From assembly GCA_964016885.1 (NCBI GenBank), contig OZ024743.1:195486001-195550000 (forward strand): a stretch of 64,000 bases of DNA, given 5' to 3'. Of the stretch, positions 13,831-27,699 are shown piece by piece; the stretch's first letter is position 1; each line of letters opens with the position of its first letter. A model generated the notes under the pieces. That model was not told where the DNA came from and searched no databases. It saw only the letters and a list, made by a program, of their open reading frames with translations. The DNA comes from Eledone cirrhosa. Lineage: Eukaryota. The translations under genes and the position numbers were made by a program.

Positions 13831-14547
13831 CTTTCTATAAATTTCTAGTTAATTCCGATTTTAAAGTTATATTCTAGCCTTACATTAGATATGCTAAAGC
13901 ATCTCCACTTACTACATATTCTTCATGTAGGAAGCATCTCTGTAAGTTTTTTCTTTAATTTTCCAAATTGGTGATATTTATCACTCATAATATATATTTT
14001 TCACACAATTATTCGACACTTATCATTAGCTAAGTGTAATAAGTATAGGTGATGTCAGCAGTAAGGTCGTGTAGGTGGAAATATATAAAATATTGAACCT
14101 TCAACTAGTTATTAAACAACAAGTTCGTTGTAATAACTTCAATGTTTATATAAGCGTTGAATAATGGAAATCTAATAATTCTGGTCTTTAGATAAAAAAA
14201 TATATCACATATAACCAGTTTCAAAAAAAGTTTTATGTATTTTTTATAAATATAATTACTTTTTAATTGTCTTCCTAAATACTCCGTAAGTATGTAATTC
14301 TGTACATATAAAACATTTTGATGTTAAAATTTAAATGAGATTATGAGGTGAAGTAATTTGTTTATTCATTCGTATGTTTTTCGTTCTCATTTAATTATGC
14401 AATGAACCTAATGTCTCATTTTTATGAGGGTTAAATATCATTTTTATGATCAAACAACTTAAAATGAAATATAATTTCATACGATATTTCAAGTCACCAT
14501 GATAATTCTTGTGAAAAGCATTTTGTATCAGATTTTAATAAATCCGT

Positions 14548-14755
14548 AGGTGGCTGGGTGGTGGAATGGTAGAACCGGTAGAGCATCAGATAAAATGATA
14601 TTGCGGTATTTGTTCTGGCTCTTTATGTTCTAATTTTAAAACCCACCCTGGTCAAATTTCGGGGTCGATAAAATAAAGTACGAGACAATTACTGGGCTGA
14701 TTTAAACAACTTTGCACTTCGCTTACATTTGCTGGCCTTGTGCTCAAAAGAGAAA
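14548..14755 (+). mobile_element. SINE family A, diverged
   Basis: ggggtcgataaaataaagtac core and ttgctggccttgtgc tail. Confidence 0.65.
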
Positions 14756-15527
14756 ATATATTTGCGAAGTATAGGGTGATGGCTTCAGAGAACTCTTAAA
14801 CTGTTGAATAAAACGTCATTGTCGCATTTATTCAAACTCCGAAAACCCTTCGAGGGAACTCCATCTGGAAGATCGAAAGAGTAAAGATCTTATATGACAG
14901 ATTCGACACTTGGAACGTAGTGTGAAAATAGCACTTTACTATAAACCAGATTTCGTTCTTGCAAAATCATTGTTTATGATTTATAACTGCTTTTCTTCCT
15001 TGCTAACACTTGTTTTCACAATGCAAGCACCTAGTCTTAGTTAAATAGCAATTTGTAAACTTTCAAGCTTTTCGATTGTATATATTTCTAATTTGCTTTA
15101 GTACATATATATGTTTGATTGTATATATTTTTTATTTGCTATAGTACATATATATATTTCTGCGCAGATGTGTCGTTGCATTTCAAGGCTTGTGTCTTAT
15201 GATTAGTTTATCAATTTAAATTGTAACTGTTGTAAATTAGATAGAACAGCGAATAAGATTCTGTTGCCATGCTACATGATTATTTATGATTATTTGGCTA
15301 TTAATCCTAAAACATATATTATTTAGTCTGACATTACTTTACTTATAAATATATATTATACAGACAGTTTATAGGTATGTAGGTGGTGAATTGTCAGTGT
15401 CGTTAGAACTTATGATAAATTTATTTGTGACATACGTTCTGTTTTTCTGTGCTCTCTATTCAAATGCCACCGGGATCAACATTGTCTTTCGTGGTCGATA
15501 AAAACAGTACCAGTTCTGTTCTGGGAT

Positions 15528-15596
<69 letters not shown>

Positions 15597-15909
15597 TCTC
15601 TCTATATCTTTCTCCCTCTCTCTCATACACACACACACACTCTTTTTCCCGATCTCAATCTCGAAGAAATCGGCAGATTTGAAGTGAATATGGGTTTCAT
15701 GATGTTTTAAAAATGCCCCAGAAATACCTATATCAGTACGGTGTCCATACAACATTACCGAGACTTATTGGCTGATGGGGGATGTATGTTTTATGCAAAA
15801 CTTATAGTAGAATCAACTAACCATGAGTTTCCATTGATACTCAGAATCTCATTATGAAACTTTGAACACTTTTATTAAGGAGAGAAAATCAGAAAAGATA
15901 AAGAAGAAT

Positions 15910-16058
15910 AATCGGTCCCAGTACTCGACTGATACATTTCTATCGACCACGAAAGGGTGAAAGGCAAAACGGGCCCCTGGGGATTTGAACTCAGAGAGCT
16001 ATAACTAATGACGCAAAGTGTTCTTTCCGAAGTTCTAACGATTCTGCCAATTTTCCAC
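15910..16058 (-). mobile_element. SINE family A, diverged
   Basis: ggatttgaactcag (reverse-complement B-box) and attctgccaatt (reverse-complement A-box). Confidence 0.6.
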
Positions 16059-16324
16059 CTTATCATACTAGTGTCTCTACATTGAACATAATATGGAATG
16101 GATTGGAGCATAAGTATGAATATAATTATTAAGAGATATATAGTGTTTCTTTTGGCACAAGGCCAGCAATTTGAAGAGAATTGAAAAGTCGATTAAATCG
16201 ACCGAGCGTGTCCAACCAATACCAGTTTTTCTCAATGAAAGCATTAATAAGAATCATTTAATCAGACCATAACAAAATCATATTTGAGAAAAATAAAAAA
16301 AGATAAGAAAAATGTTACCTGTTT

Positions 16325-16620
16325 ACTTCGATGTTCCCACTACGGTTTCGTTGAGTAATTGCAATGTTTGGGCACTGAGAAATCTCAGTTCATCAGGGAA
16401 CTTCGCAATCAAGAATTAATCTTCCGAGTTATCCACGACCAAATATAATTTCGAATGGAATAATCACCACGTGATTAACCGTCAGCAGAGAGGCAGGGGT
16501 AGGTCGGCAATGGAAAGGAACGAAGCTGCTAGAAAAAGCATTTTGATTCAGCCACATTCGAAATTATCGCTGGTAGCGGATAACTCGGAATAAGTATTCT
16601 TGATTTAGAAGTTCCCTTTT
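16325..16620. mobile_element. Inverted-repeat element with a decayed hammerhead on the minus strand (16333-16401)
   Basis: 16396-16452 is inverted at 16560-16617; minus strand gttcc-CTGATGA..GAAACcgtaGTG-ggaac with a non-cleavable GUG triplet. Confidence 0.45.
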
Positions 16621-16774
16621 AAGCGGAGATAAGCAAATCTATCATCCGGGCAGCCCCTGAAGTATAGCACTAATGCTAGTATATTTTGACATGTTCTTGC
16701 CTGCTGGATAGCATTACTGTTGTACCGAGAAAGTGTTACTAGTCAATTGGAAAATGACAAAGGCAAAATATTCC

Positions 16775-17130
16775 CATACCAGCACAGAGGTCGCCCCTAT
16801 CTGGGCTGGATCGAACCCGCTCAGACAGCTAAGGAAAAGTAAGATAGGACGCAGGAAAATATTGACTATTGTCTAATGGAATGTTAGAACAGTACTTGTT
16901 AAAACAAGATCTGAAAGACCCGAGCGGCAGACTGCTCTAATTGCAAAGGAATTAGATAGATACAACATCGACAACGCCGCTCTTTGTGAAACACGCTTAC
17001 ACATAGATCACAGCTACACATACTTCTGAGGTAGGAAAAGGGAACAACGAAGGGAAGCTGGTGTTGACCTTGAAATGAGGAACGCCATCGCTCTACAACT
17101 GGAAGGAGACCAAGCACCAGTGAACCCTTT
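16775..17130 (+). mobile_element. RTE-clade LINE 5' fragment (APE endonuclease N-terminus, disrupted)
   Basis: Translates TIV*WNVRTVLVKTRSERPERQTALIAKELDRYNIDNAALCETRL..YTYF..REAGV, the typical RTE APE start. Confidence 0.75.
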
Positions 17131-18335
17131 AGCATTTACATTACTCTATATTTACTATTGTATTTTCGTGGTAAACGCTTTAGCTCACATAAAATCTCAC
17201 ATAATTATCTCACATACTATAGAATCTATGAGAATTTGATATTATTTATTTTGAGAACAATACCTTAACATCAGTATGAATGGCCAGTTACAGGCAGTTT
17301 GAACAGAAAGAGGTGAGAGAATTCTGCCTGGATATGGCCGGTTTAAATGCTAATGGGTTAATGACAGGATTCCAATTACCACTCCAAAAAATGTCTACGC
17401 CACAAGCTAAATTTATTGGCAGAATTGTTTCATAACGATTTTTTCTTGCGTAAATGTGATAAACAGAATTAACTACTTTTAAATATGTCCAGAACAAATA
17501 ATATGTTTTAAATATTTGGTTTCAAAAGAGTGCCTCCCAAATAATAGGCACAGTGTCATTTGAACATAACAAGGTAGTTCAAGGAACCCCCGTTGCTAAG
17601 AGAGTAATGATTCCACTTAATTCAGTCGGCTTATTCCCTCCTGTATCCAGCAAATGATTGATGAAATGTGTTGACGAATGGTTCGTACCAGTAGGCCAAT
17701 GTTGTTAATTGAAACCAACTCTTTATTTTAATGCAATATTTTACCTGAATTTCCTTACAACATTTATGAAGATCTTAACGTAAAATATTTATTATCCCTT
17801 GAAAGATATGTATTTCATAAACCGGATTCTTGTTAATGTCGCCTAATTTGTTTTCCAGCATTTTCAACTTTTGATGATATAGCATTTCATATCAATATAA
17901 AGATATAAAAGCAAGGATTGCCTTGTTAAATTTGTATGCAAATCGGCTAACTGAAATGTATTACTTCCTTAATTATACACACATACAATATCTTTCATCT
18001 TTTTACATTTATTCCTTCAATGCTTCACTAAAAGGATGTTACAAACGACTTCAAAGTGATACGATTTTTCCCGACGTATTTGGAATGTCGGTAACAGAGT
18101 TAAATAATTTAGCTACCTTACAAGAGACAATTTCTAACCCACTGACACTCAGATAAATATTCGTATTAAATGTTTTTAACTCAGTTACATTTTGTTGGTA
18201 TATTCACATATACGTAGATAATTAGACAATAGCAAACATTGTTTTCTAGCACGCATACGTATAGAATGTGTGCAACACACCCACCAACAAATACACACAC
18301 ACACACATCCACACACATGTGGGCGTATGTGGGCG

Positions 18336-18373
<38 letters not shown>

Positions 18374-18377
<4 letters not shown>

Positions 18378-19122
18378 TCAATATAGAAGAGCTTCTACAG
18401 GACTAGAACTGTTTCATTCGTGAAAAATCATCTGGAAGCTGGCTGTGGTATTTATATCTTTTCTTTTCTGCTGGTAGGAGAGGGTGGGGGTTGGGATGGG
18501 TGGAGGTCATTGGTTGATGGATTTAAAGAAAAGGGAGTTCATTAAAAGCTAATTCTTTCAAGCTACAATAGGCTAATTCTTTAAAGCTACAAAAGGCTGA
18601 AAGAATACTGTAAACAAATTCAAATTTGGAATACCAATCCTTGTTTATCTCTTATATTAACAATGCCTGTAAGACAGATGTCTACAGGAATGGTGGGTTC
18701 ATTGGTTTAAAGAAAAGAAAAATTCTTTAGAAGCTAATTCTTTAAGGCTGAAATAAGGGTGAGAAAGGCAGAAAGGGTTCTACAAACAGATTCAAGTATT
18801 GGGGTGCTTCCCCTTATTGTGAAGTTTCTCTTAATATATATTTGTTAATATTATAGCTTTAAAGAATTAGCTTTTAATGAAGTCCCTTTTCTTTAAATCC
18901 ATCAACCAATGACCTCCACCCATCCCAATGCGCACCCTCTCCCACCACCAGAAAAGAAAAGATATAAACACCACCACTTATTTCGACAGCCAGCATCCGG
19001 ATGATTTCTCACGAATGAAATAGTTCTAGTCCTGTAGAAGCTCTCCTATATTAAAACATTTATACTTTGCTATGTATTGACTATCTAACTTACTGTGGTT
19101 AACTCCGATTCAACTCGGAATG
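18374..19122. mobile_element. Family C inverted-repeat HHR element in (TA)n
   Basis: 18374-18565 is inverted at 18854-19058; both arms carry a hammerhead with a mutated core (CAGATGA, CGGATGA). Confidence 0.7.
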
Positions 19123-19160
19123 ACATATATATATATATATATACATACATGTATATATAT

Positions 19161-19239
<79 letters not shown>

Positions 19240-19444
19240 TAGGTATACGTACATACATATATGTATACAGAGAGTACAGTAGTATGTATATATATACATA
19301 CATGCACACATATATATATATATACGTATGGATTTACCGAGCATTTATCATAATGCTCGGTTTGTTTGTAAATAAACATCCCGTATTAAGCCGTACAGTG
19401 TTTAGCAACCATAGTTGCCCTTTTCTTCAACACTGACAAAGGAA

Positions 19445-19485
19445 CGATGTACTAGTTTCAAGCTTATTAGCTATCGTCAGCACCG
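19445..19485 (-). ncRNA. Minimal type I hammerhead ribozyme (intact core)
   Basis: cggtg-CTGACGA-tagct aata agctt-GAAAC ta GTA-catcg; palindromic stem III ACTAGT. Confidence 0.8.
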
Positions 19486-19712
19486 TATACCTTCCGGCCA
19501 GATGATTGAACTTCTGAAAGTATATAATTTCCTTATGCATATTAACGGCTGAGCAGCCTAATTTGAATATCGAGTGAGTTAATCGGCCGGGCGCACCGAA
19601 AACGATAAATGGAAAAAATGAAACGAAATTTCATTTCTCAGTCTTAGTACGGCTGTTACTTAAATATAAGTATGTATACGTACATACATATATGTATACA
19701 GACGTACAGTAG

Positions 19713-19792
<80 letters not shown>

Positions 19793-19794
19793 CA

Positions 19795-19835
<41 letters not shown>

Positions 19836-20769
19836 GTATGGATTTACCGAGTATTTATTATAATGCTCGGTTTGTTTGTAAATAAACATCCCGAATTAAG
19901 CCGTACAGTGTTTAGCAACCATAGTTGCTCTTTTGTTCAACACTGACAAAGGAACGATGTACTAGTTTCAAGCTTATTAGCTATCGTTAGCACCGTATAC
20001 ATCCCTGCCAGATTATTGAACGTCTGAAAGTATATACTTTCCTTATGCATATTAACGGCTGAGCAGCCTAATTTGCATATCGAGAGACTTAATCGGCCGG
20101 GCGCACCGAAAATGATAAATGGAAAAAATGAAACGAAATTTCATTTCTCACTCTTAGTACGGCTGTTACTTAAATATAAGTATGTATACGTACATACATA
20201 TATGTATACAAACGTACAGTAGTATGTATATATATACATACATGCACACATATATATATATATATATGTACGTATCGATTTACCGAGCATTTATTATAAT
20301 GCTCGGTTTGTTTGTAAACAAACATACCGAATTAAGCCGTACAGTGTTTAGCAACCATCGTTGGCCTTATACATACTACTGTACGTCTGTATACATATAT
20401 ATGTATGTACGTATACATATTTATATTTAAGTAACAGCCGTACTAAGAGTGAGAAATGAAATTTCGTTTCATTTTTTCCATTTATCGTTTTCGGTGTGCC
20501 CGGCCGATTAAGTCACTCGATATGCAAATTAGGCTGCTCAGCCGTTAATATGCATAAGGAAAGTATATACTTTCAGTATATACTTTCACTCATCTGGCAG
20601 GAATGTATACAGTGCTGACGATAGCTAATAAGCTTGAAACTAGAACATCGCTCCTTTGTCAGTGTTGAACAAAAGGGCAACGATGGTTGCTAAAAACTGT
20701 ATTGCTTAATTCGGGATGTTTGTTTATAAACAATCCGAGCATTATAATAAATGCACGGTAAATCCACAC

Positions 20770-20818
<49 letters not shown>

Positions 20819-21067
20819 AGGATGTATGTATATATGTACATACTACTGTACGTCTGTATATATATATATGTACGTATACATACTTATATTTTAGTAACAG
20901 CCGTACTAAGAGTGAGAAATGAAATTTCGTTTCATTTTTTCCATTTATAGTTTTCGGTTCGCCCGGCCGATTAACTCATTCGATATGCAAATTAGGCTGC
21001 TCAGCTGTTAATATGTGTAAGGAAACTATATACTTTCCGACGTTCAATCACCTGGCTGGAAGGTATT

Positions 21068-21108
21068 AGGTGCTGACGATAGCTAATAAGCTTGAAACTA
21101 GTACATCG
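21068..21108 (+). ncRNA. Minimal type I hammerhead ribozyme (intact core)
   Basis: aggtg-CTGACGA-tagctaataagctt-GAAACtaGTA-catcg. Confidence 0.75.
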
Positions 21109-21389
21109 TTCCTTTGTCAGTGTTGAACAAAAGGGCAAAGATGGTTGCTAAACAGTGTACGGCTTAATTCGGGATGTTTGTTTACAAACAAACCGAGCAT
21201 TATAATAAATGATTGGTAAATCCATACGTACATATATATATATATATGTGCATGTATGTATATATATATACATACTACTGTATGTCTGTATACATATATA
21301 TATCTACGTATACATATGTTATTTAAGTAACAGCCATACTAAGAGTGAGAAATGAAATTTCGTTTCATTTTTTTCCATTTATATTTATA

Positions 21390-21486
<97 letters not shown>

Positions 21487-21764
21487 ATATATATATATGT
21501 ATGTATATTATAATGGGGAAATATTTATGTTACTACCTAAATATCACAGGACATTTAACCACTTTAGAAATCAATGGAGTATTGATGTATGTGTATCTAT
21601 ACAGATTGCTGCCCACTCTGCCTCTAACAAATTGCAGTTTCATTGGTATTAATCATCACGCCTGTGTTGCATATTCATTTCACGCACGCGCATCATAGTG
21701 GAAAGTGTGTAAACAATATAAACTTTAGACTTCGTATATATACTTTTATTATTCTACACGAGTA

Positions 21765-22224
21765 GGGCGTTGGATTGGCAGTATCGGTAGATAATCGGAC
21801 ACCATGCTTTGCAGCATAGAGTTACTGCCTTTACGCTCTGAGTTCAAATACCGCCGACGTTAACTTTGCCTTTCATCCTTACGGGGTCTATAAAATAAAG
21901 CACCAGTAATACACTGGAGTAATTGCTGGCCTCGTGCCAAACAGTAAAGTGCCGTAACTATATATCACATAGCCAAATTACATTTACCGCTGTCTACTAC
22001 TAATAATTGTTTCTACTTTTGGCACAAGACCAACAATTACCCAGTGCGTCGGACAACATGCTTTGTAGCATAGAGTGCTGGCCCTTTACGCTCTGATTTC
22101 AAATATCGTCGAGGTTAACTTTGCCTTTCATCCTTACGAGGTCTATAAAATAAACACCAGTAACGTACTGGGGTCGATTTAATCGACTTCCCCTCACCCT
22201 GGCCTTGTACCTATACTAGAAATC
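21765..22224 (+). mobile_element. Composite of SINE family A copies within one TSD pair
   Basis: TSD attattctacacgagta at 21748-21764 and 22225-22241; two + strand copies and an inverted 3' fragment inside. Confidence 0.7.
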
Positions 22225-22863
22225 ATTATTCTACACGAGTAAAAGTTACAGCGATTCTAAGGTGATGAGGATAATGTAATTTCTTGATAAATTATTTATA
22301 CTCTACTTTGTGTTACGGTAATATATATAGAAAGAAAAAAGGAATCACACCGGGTGCAAATTGCAAGAATATTAATTAATAGGAGGAATGTGAACACACA
22401 TAATAAATATTTGAAAAAGTGTCGAAGTATATAGTTTGGTGCCAAAAATTTGTCATATAAATCATGTTATGAATATACTAGGCGACACATATACTATGCA
22501 GAACAAGTGTATGATTAAGTCCGATTGCATATTAAATAAATAACGGTAACATATAAAATGATGAAATTAAAATCTAATGAAACGTACTCAGTAAACGTAT
22601 GAACTATATAGCTTTTTCAGTAAGCAAATTAAACTGAATATTTCAGCGACGCGCTACAACCTGTTTGGCGTATATAGGGTTGCAACTGAGATTTCTCACT
22701 CGGTAGAGAGAATAATAGAGGTAGATGTAATTTGAAGAGAGGACGAAAATATCCGGCCCACAGTCCTCCCGCTATTACAGGCACATCTGCGCTACTATAT
22801 ATATATAATAGTGAAAGAGTGAAGGATAACATGGTCGGCTGTACAAAAGGGTTTTATTTGCAT

Positions 22864-22970
22864 TATTAACAATTGTTTCATTGATCAGGTGAGTCTAAAG
22901 GCCGCTAATCACTCGAAGTTGCGTCACTCGATCTTAAATACAGTGTGTCTCTGATCAAATCATCGGAATA
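22864..22970 (-). ncRNA. Hammerhead-like motif (core CCGATGA) with long stem II
   Basis: tatt-CCGATGA-tttgatcag..ctgatcaat-GAAAC aatt GTT-aata. Confidence 0.5.
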
Positions 22971-23654
22971 TAGGAGGGTGTAACACATGGCATTGGTATG
23001 TATAGATACATCGGAGAATCAAGTGAATGAAAACAATAACAACAATGATAAAAGATAATAAAAGATAATAATAATGAACTTAGGATGAAAATGATAAAGA
23101 TGTAAAAAATAAGCAAAAAATAAGTACAGAATACGATTGCTGATAATATTAGTGGTGCTGGTGGTGGTAGTTGAAGTTATAGTGGTGAGTGGATGTGTAA
23201 AATAGTGATGACGATAAAGATAACAATATCATGAAAAGAAATACCAAATATATGATATGTAGTATCTATGCAAGAGGTATAATCAGATCTCAGAGAATTA
23301 AAATAAAAAAGATTAAAAAATAAAAGATAAAAGATTTTTTTAAAAAATAAGAGATGAAGAGATAAGGGACAATAGACAGGGAGTGAGGATAAGGATTCGA
23401 GGATGTGACATAAGGAGTAGGGTTAAGGACGGGGAAGGAGTAGATAGATAGAGAATGAAAAGTGAAAGGTGCAGTGTGGTTAATGTCTGGTTGGGGGATT
23501 TATGATGTTGATTTAATGACCAGTTGGTCAGTTGACAGCTAATAACAGTGGGGTGGTACATTAAAACCCGAGTGACTCTGCTTGAACTCTGAGATTGCTG
23601 GATAGAATCAAGCCGGTTTGAAGTTACACAACTTGGCAGCTGCTTTGTGCATTC

Positions 23655-23862
23655 AGAAAAGTGATTCTTCTATTTTGTTGTTAAGCAGTATTTTATCATA
23701 TTTTAAAATATGGAGCAGCTCCATATTGCAAAGTCTGCAGTGGGACTTTTCATTATTTTAGGCCCTTGCACACGATAACTCGACCAGCTAATCTCATATT
23801 CCTGGTTGGTGTCCTTAAGCTGCCAGATCTTATTGGCCAGCGTCGTTGAGTTCTCTAGTCTA
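23655..23862 (-). pseudogene. Penelope-like GIY-YIG endonuclease C-terminal remnant
   Basis: RLENSTTLANKIWQLKDTNQEYEISW / CRLCNMELLHILKYDKILLNNKIE, frameshifted; parallels 36153-36779; 5' truncated at a microsatellite. Confidence 0.7.
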
Positions 23863-23928
23863 GTGTGTGTATATAAATATATATATATGTAAATGTGCGT
23901 GTATATATATATATACATACACACACAG

Positions 23929-24003
<75 letters not shown>

Positions 24004-24301
24004 ATGTAGAGAGATAAACACAGAGAAATTGGTATTTAAAATTACGAGGGCTGGAAAACCACCTTGGTATGAAGAATATAATCTATGAAGCAAAGGGAAA
24101 ATACATGATAAAAATTGAATTCTAATGTACAAACCATTTCAATAACTATTAATCTCCTGGACAGATTACAGATGTAGTCTGTTTCGCGGTAAAATTTGTG
24201 TTTGTAACAGATAATCTCAAGGCTTCTCAACAGGAGATAGGACAATGTGACAAACACCTAGAGGTAAATTAGGAAACTAAATATCACATGAGGGAAAAAA
24301 A

Positions 24302-24340
<39 letters not shown>

Positions 24341-24414
24341 TTCCTTTCTCCACTGTTTTATATTTCGTAATTCTCAAAAATGATTTCTTGATCCGTCCTT
24401 CTTATTCTCGCTCT

Positions 24415-24508
<94 letters not shown>

Positions 24509-24821
24509 CTTTCTCCCCCCTCTTCTCTCTCTCCATACTTCTCTCATATTTCATAATTCTCTTCCACTCTTCCTACTATACATAATAGCAGCTGACTGTA
24601 TTACAACTACTTCCGGGGTTGAGATTCCTACAATTTTAGGAAAATGTTATAGCTCCACTAGATTTCAGTCATGGATACACACACATACGCACACACAAAC
24701 ATACACACACACACACACAAGTATATATATGTGTGTGTATCCATGACTGAAATCTAGTGGAGCTATGAGTGTTTAACATTTTCCTAAAATTGTAGGAATC
24801 TCAACTCAAAATATATATACA

Positions 24822-25133
24822 ATGATATTAAATAAATTGAAACTATATTTATAAAACCATATTTATTCTATTATATATATTTCAAGGGTACCAACATTTT
24901 TGTAAGCTATTATCAAAATTTATAAAACACACTTCGTATTTTATCTGATGATAGCGTACCAAAATGTTGGAACCCTTGAAATATATATAATAGAATAAAT
25001 ATGCTTTTATAAATATAGTTTCCATTTATTTAATATCATTGAATATTATACTCCAGAAAACCCGTCAAGTGCTCTGAACAAGTTATAAACATTTATATTT
25101 TTTGAATTACCATCAAACTGAATATCCCTTCTG
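24822..25133. mobile_element. Family X HHR element with inverted duplication
   Basis: 24822-24915 is inverted at ~24944-25041; homologous to 11787-11980 and 62625-62880. Confidence 0.7.
24937..24997 (+). ncRNA. Type I hammerhead ribozyme, family X
   Basis: tattttat-CTGATGA-tagcgtacca..tggaaccctt-GAAA tatata TA-atagaata. Confidence 0.65.
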
Positions 25134-25163
25134 CCTATATATATATATATATATATAGGCAGA

Positions 25164-25302
<139 letters not shown>

Positions 25303-25374
25303 CTTTGATAGGTTTTGGCCAGTATTTGCCCAGGCCATGTCTAACTTATTAGGACCACCATATATATATATATG

Positions 25375-25480
<106 letters not shown>

Positions 25481-25495
25481 TATATATATATATAC

Positions 25496-25544
<49 letters not shown>

Positions 25545-25635
25545 CGAAGGAAATGTGGTAAGGAACCAGGTGGACCATAACGCACCAAAGTACTCAATAC
25601 TTGGGGTAGCAGAGTGGGTAATAGGAACCAGTAAG

Positions 25636-25729
25636 ACCCCTACGGCTGAGCTCAAGCCGTTTCGACGGCTAATTCTGGACGAAATGAAAATGTATCCTGG
25701 TATTTAAATAGCCGATCTTCTCAAGGGGT
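25636..25729 (-). ncRNA. Hammerhead with U3-A8 variant core (GUA site)
   Basis: acccc-TTGAGAA-gatcggcta..tagccgtc-GAAAcggct tgagctc agccgTA-ggggt. Confidence 0.65.
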
Positions 25730-25768
25730 AATTCCATATATGGTCAAAGTGATTCCATATATGGAATT

Positions 25769-25862
25769 ACCCCTTGAGAAGATCGGCTATTTAAATACCA
25801 GGATAAATTTTCATTTAGTCCAGAATTAGCCGTCGAAACGGCTTGAGCTCAGCCGTCGGGGT
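25769..25862 (+). ncRNA. Hammerhead with U3-A8 variant core (GUC site)
   Basis: acccc-TTGAGAA-stem II-GAAAcggct tgagctc agccgTC-ggggt; all three stems pair. Confidence 0.7.
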
Positions 25863-25876
25863 CTTACTGGTTCCTA

Positions 25877-26277
<401 letters not shown>

Positions 26278-26284
26278 TCAGTGC

Positions 26285-26469
26285 CGGTGAATTGGCAGTA
26301 TCGGTAGAGGGTCGGACGCCATGCTTTCCAGCATAGTTACGTCCCTTTACGATCTGAGTTCAAATCCCGCCGATGTTGACTTTGCCTTTCATCCTTACGG
26401 GGTCGATAAAATAAAGTACCAGTAATGCACTGAGAATTTGCTGGCCTTGTGCCTAAAGTAGAATCAATT
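26285..26469 (+). mobile_element. SINE family A, young full-length copy (tRNA head; central domain resembles the Meta/MESC SINE domain)
   Basis: A-box tggcagtatcgg, B-box gagttcaaatcc, gcctttcatccttacggggtcgataaaataaagtaccag; 14-bp TSD atttgtttcagtgc at 26271-26284 and 26470-26483. Confidence 0.9.
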
Positions 26470-27227
26470 ATTTGTTTCAGTGCAGTCTTCGACTTACAGA
26501 TCACAGTTTCAATTATTAATCAATACACCCTACATATACATATATATTTAATATACATTTCATATATACATATGATGGTGGATAGTACGCAGATACTATA
26601 TATTGCTTATATATCATTATGTTCTCTTGTATGAATCATATTTGCTGCAATTGAAGCGACCTACTGGAGGGAAAAGTATATTGTATTATCTTGATAAATT
26701 ATGTATATATCTTTAACGATACTATACAGACAAATTATATATAGATGATGAATCGCAGGGGAAGCAATTTACAAGAATATACGTTATAGTAAGAACAAGA
26801 ACAATACAGTAAAATAGATATAAAAATGTGGCAAACTGTATGGATTGGTGCCAAAAAATTGTCATGCAATTTCCAGTCGTGATTTTACTAGGTGAACTCA
26901 TTGTATAATGAAGAACTAGACACTAATTGAGTCCTATTACGGATTGAATTTTAGTGAATAGATAAATTGAATAGATAACATTAGAATTTAATGAAATATT
27001 ACACAAAAATTAATAAAAAAGCAAACATAAATACATCCGCATTTGTAGTTAAAACTATAATGTTGTAAAAGTATGCCACGGAAACTGAAGTTTTCGCCTA
27101 TATCCTACACATCGGTTGACGTATATACCGTTGCTATATTAAGATTTAGCTGTAGTCAGAATGACATGAATTACATTTTGATACGCGGACAACAATCTTT
27201 GATATGCATAATCTAACCTTTCGTAAT

Positions 27228-27352
<125 letters not shown>

Positions 27353-27565
27353 ACAGAACGTGTGACGGAAGAGCTTTGACAATATGTAAACAAACATCCG
27401 GTTAGCGAACCAACCAACCAAACGGAAACTTATAATAAACTGAAGTGGAAACCAACAGGTGCATGTGTTTTGTTGGCAACATGACTCTCCCAAATTATAA
27501 CAATATCTGTTTCAATACAAGTTTCCAAATAAGAAATGTCGCAAAACAAATTCAAAAACGAATTC

Positions 27566-27626
<61 letters not shown>

Positions 27627-27699
27627 GGTGTGAGATGCTTAATGTGTCCGTAAGCGGCAGGCCGTTTGAGCACTCGATGCTCTTACAGAGCATAGTATA

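Larger units (their letters stand above)
19237..21381. repeat. Tandem plus inverted array of a ~430-510-bp HHR-containing unit (retrozyme-like)
   Basis: Units start at ~19237, 19668 and 20178 (partial to ~20365); inverted units run 20369-21381; length differences come from internal TA tracts. Confidence 0.85.
25621..25876. repeat. Near-perfect palindrome (~123-bp arms) between TA tracts
   Basis: 25621-25743 is the reverse complement of ~25754-25876, with a ~10-nt spacer. Confidence 0.9.

Noticed and set aside
26285-26375. tRNA gene
   Set aside because: The A/B boxes belong to a multi-copy SINE head with a TSD; no complete cloverleaf
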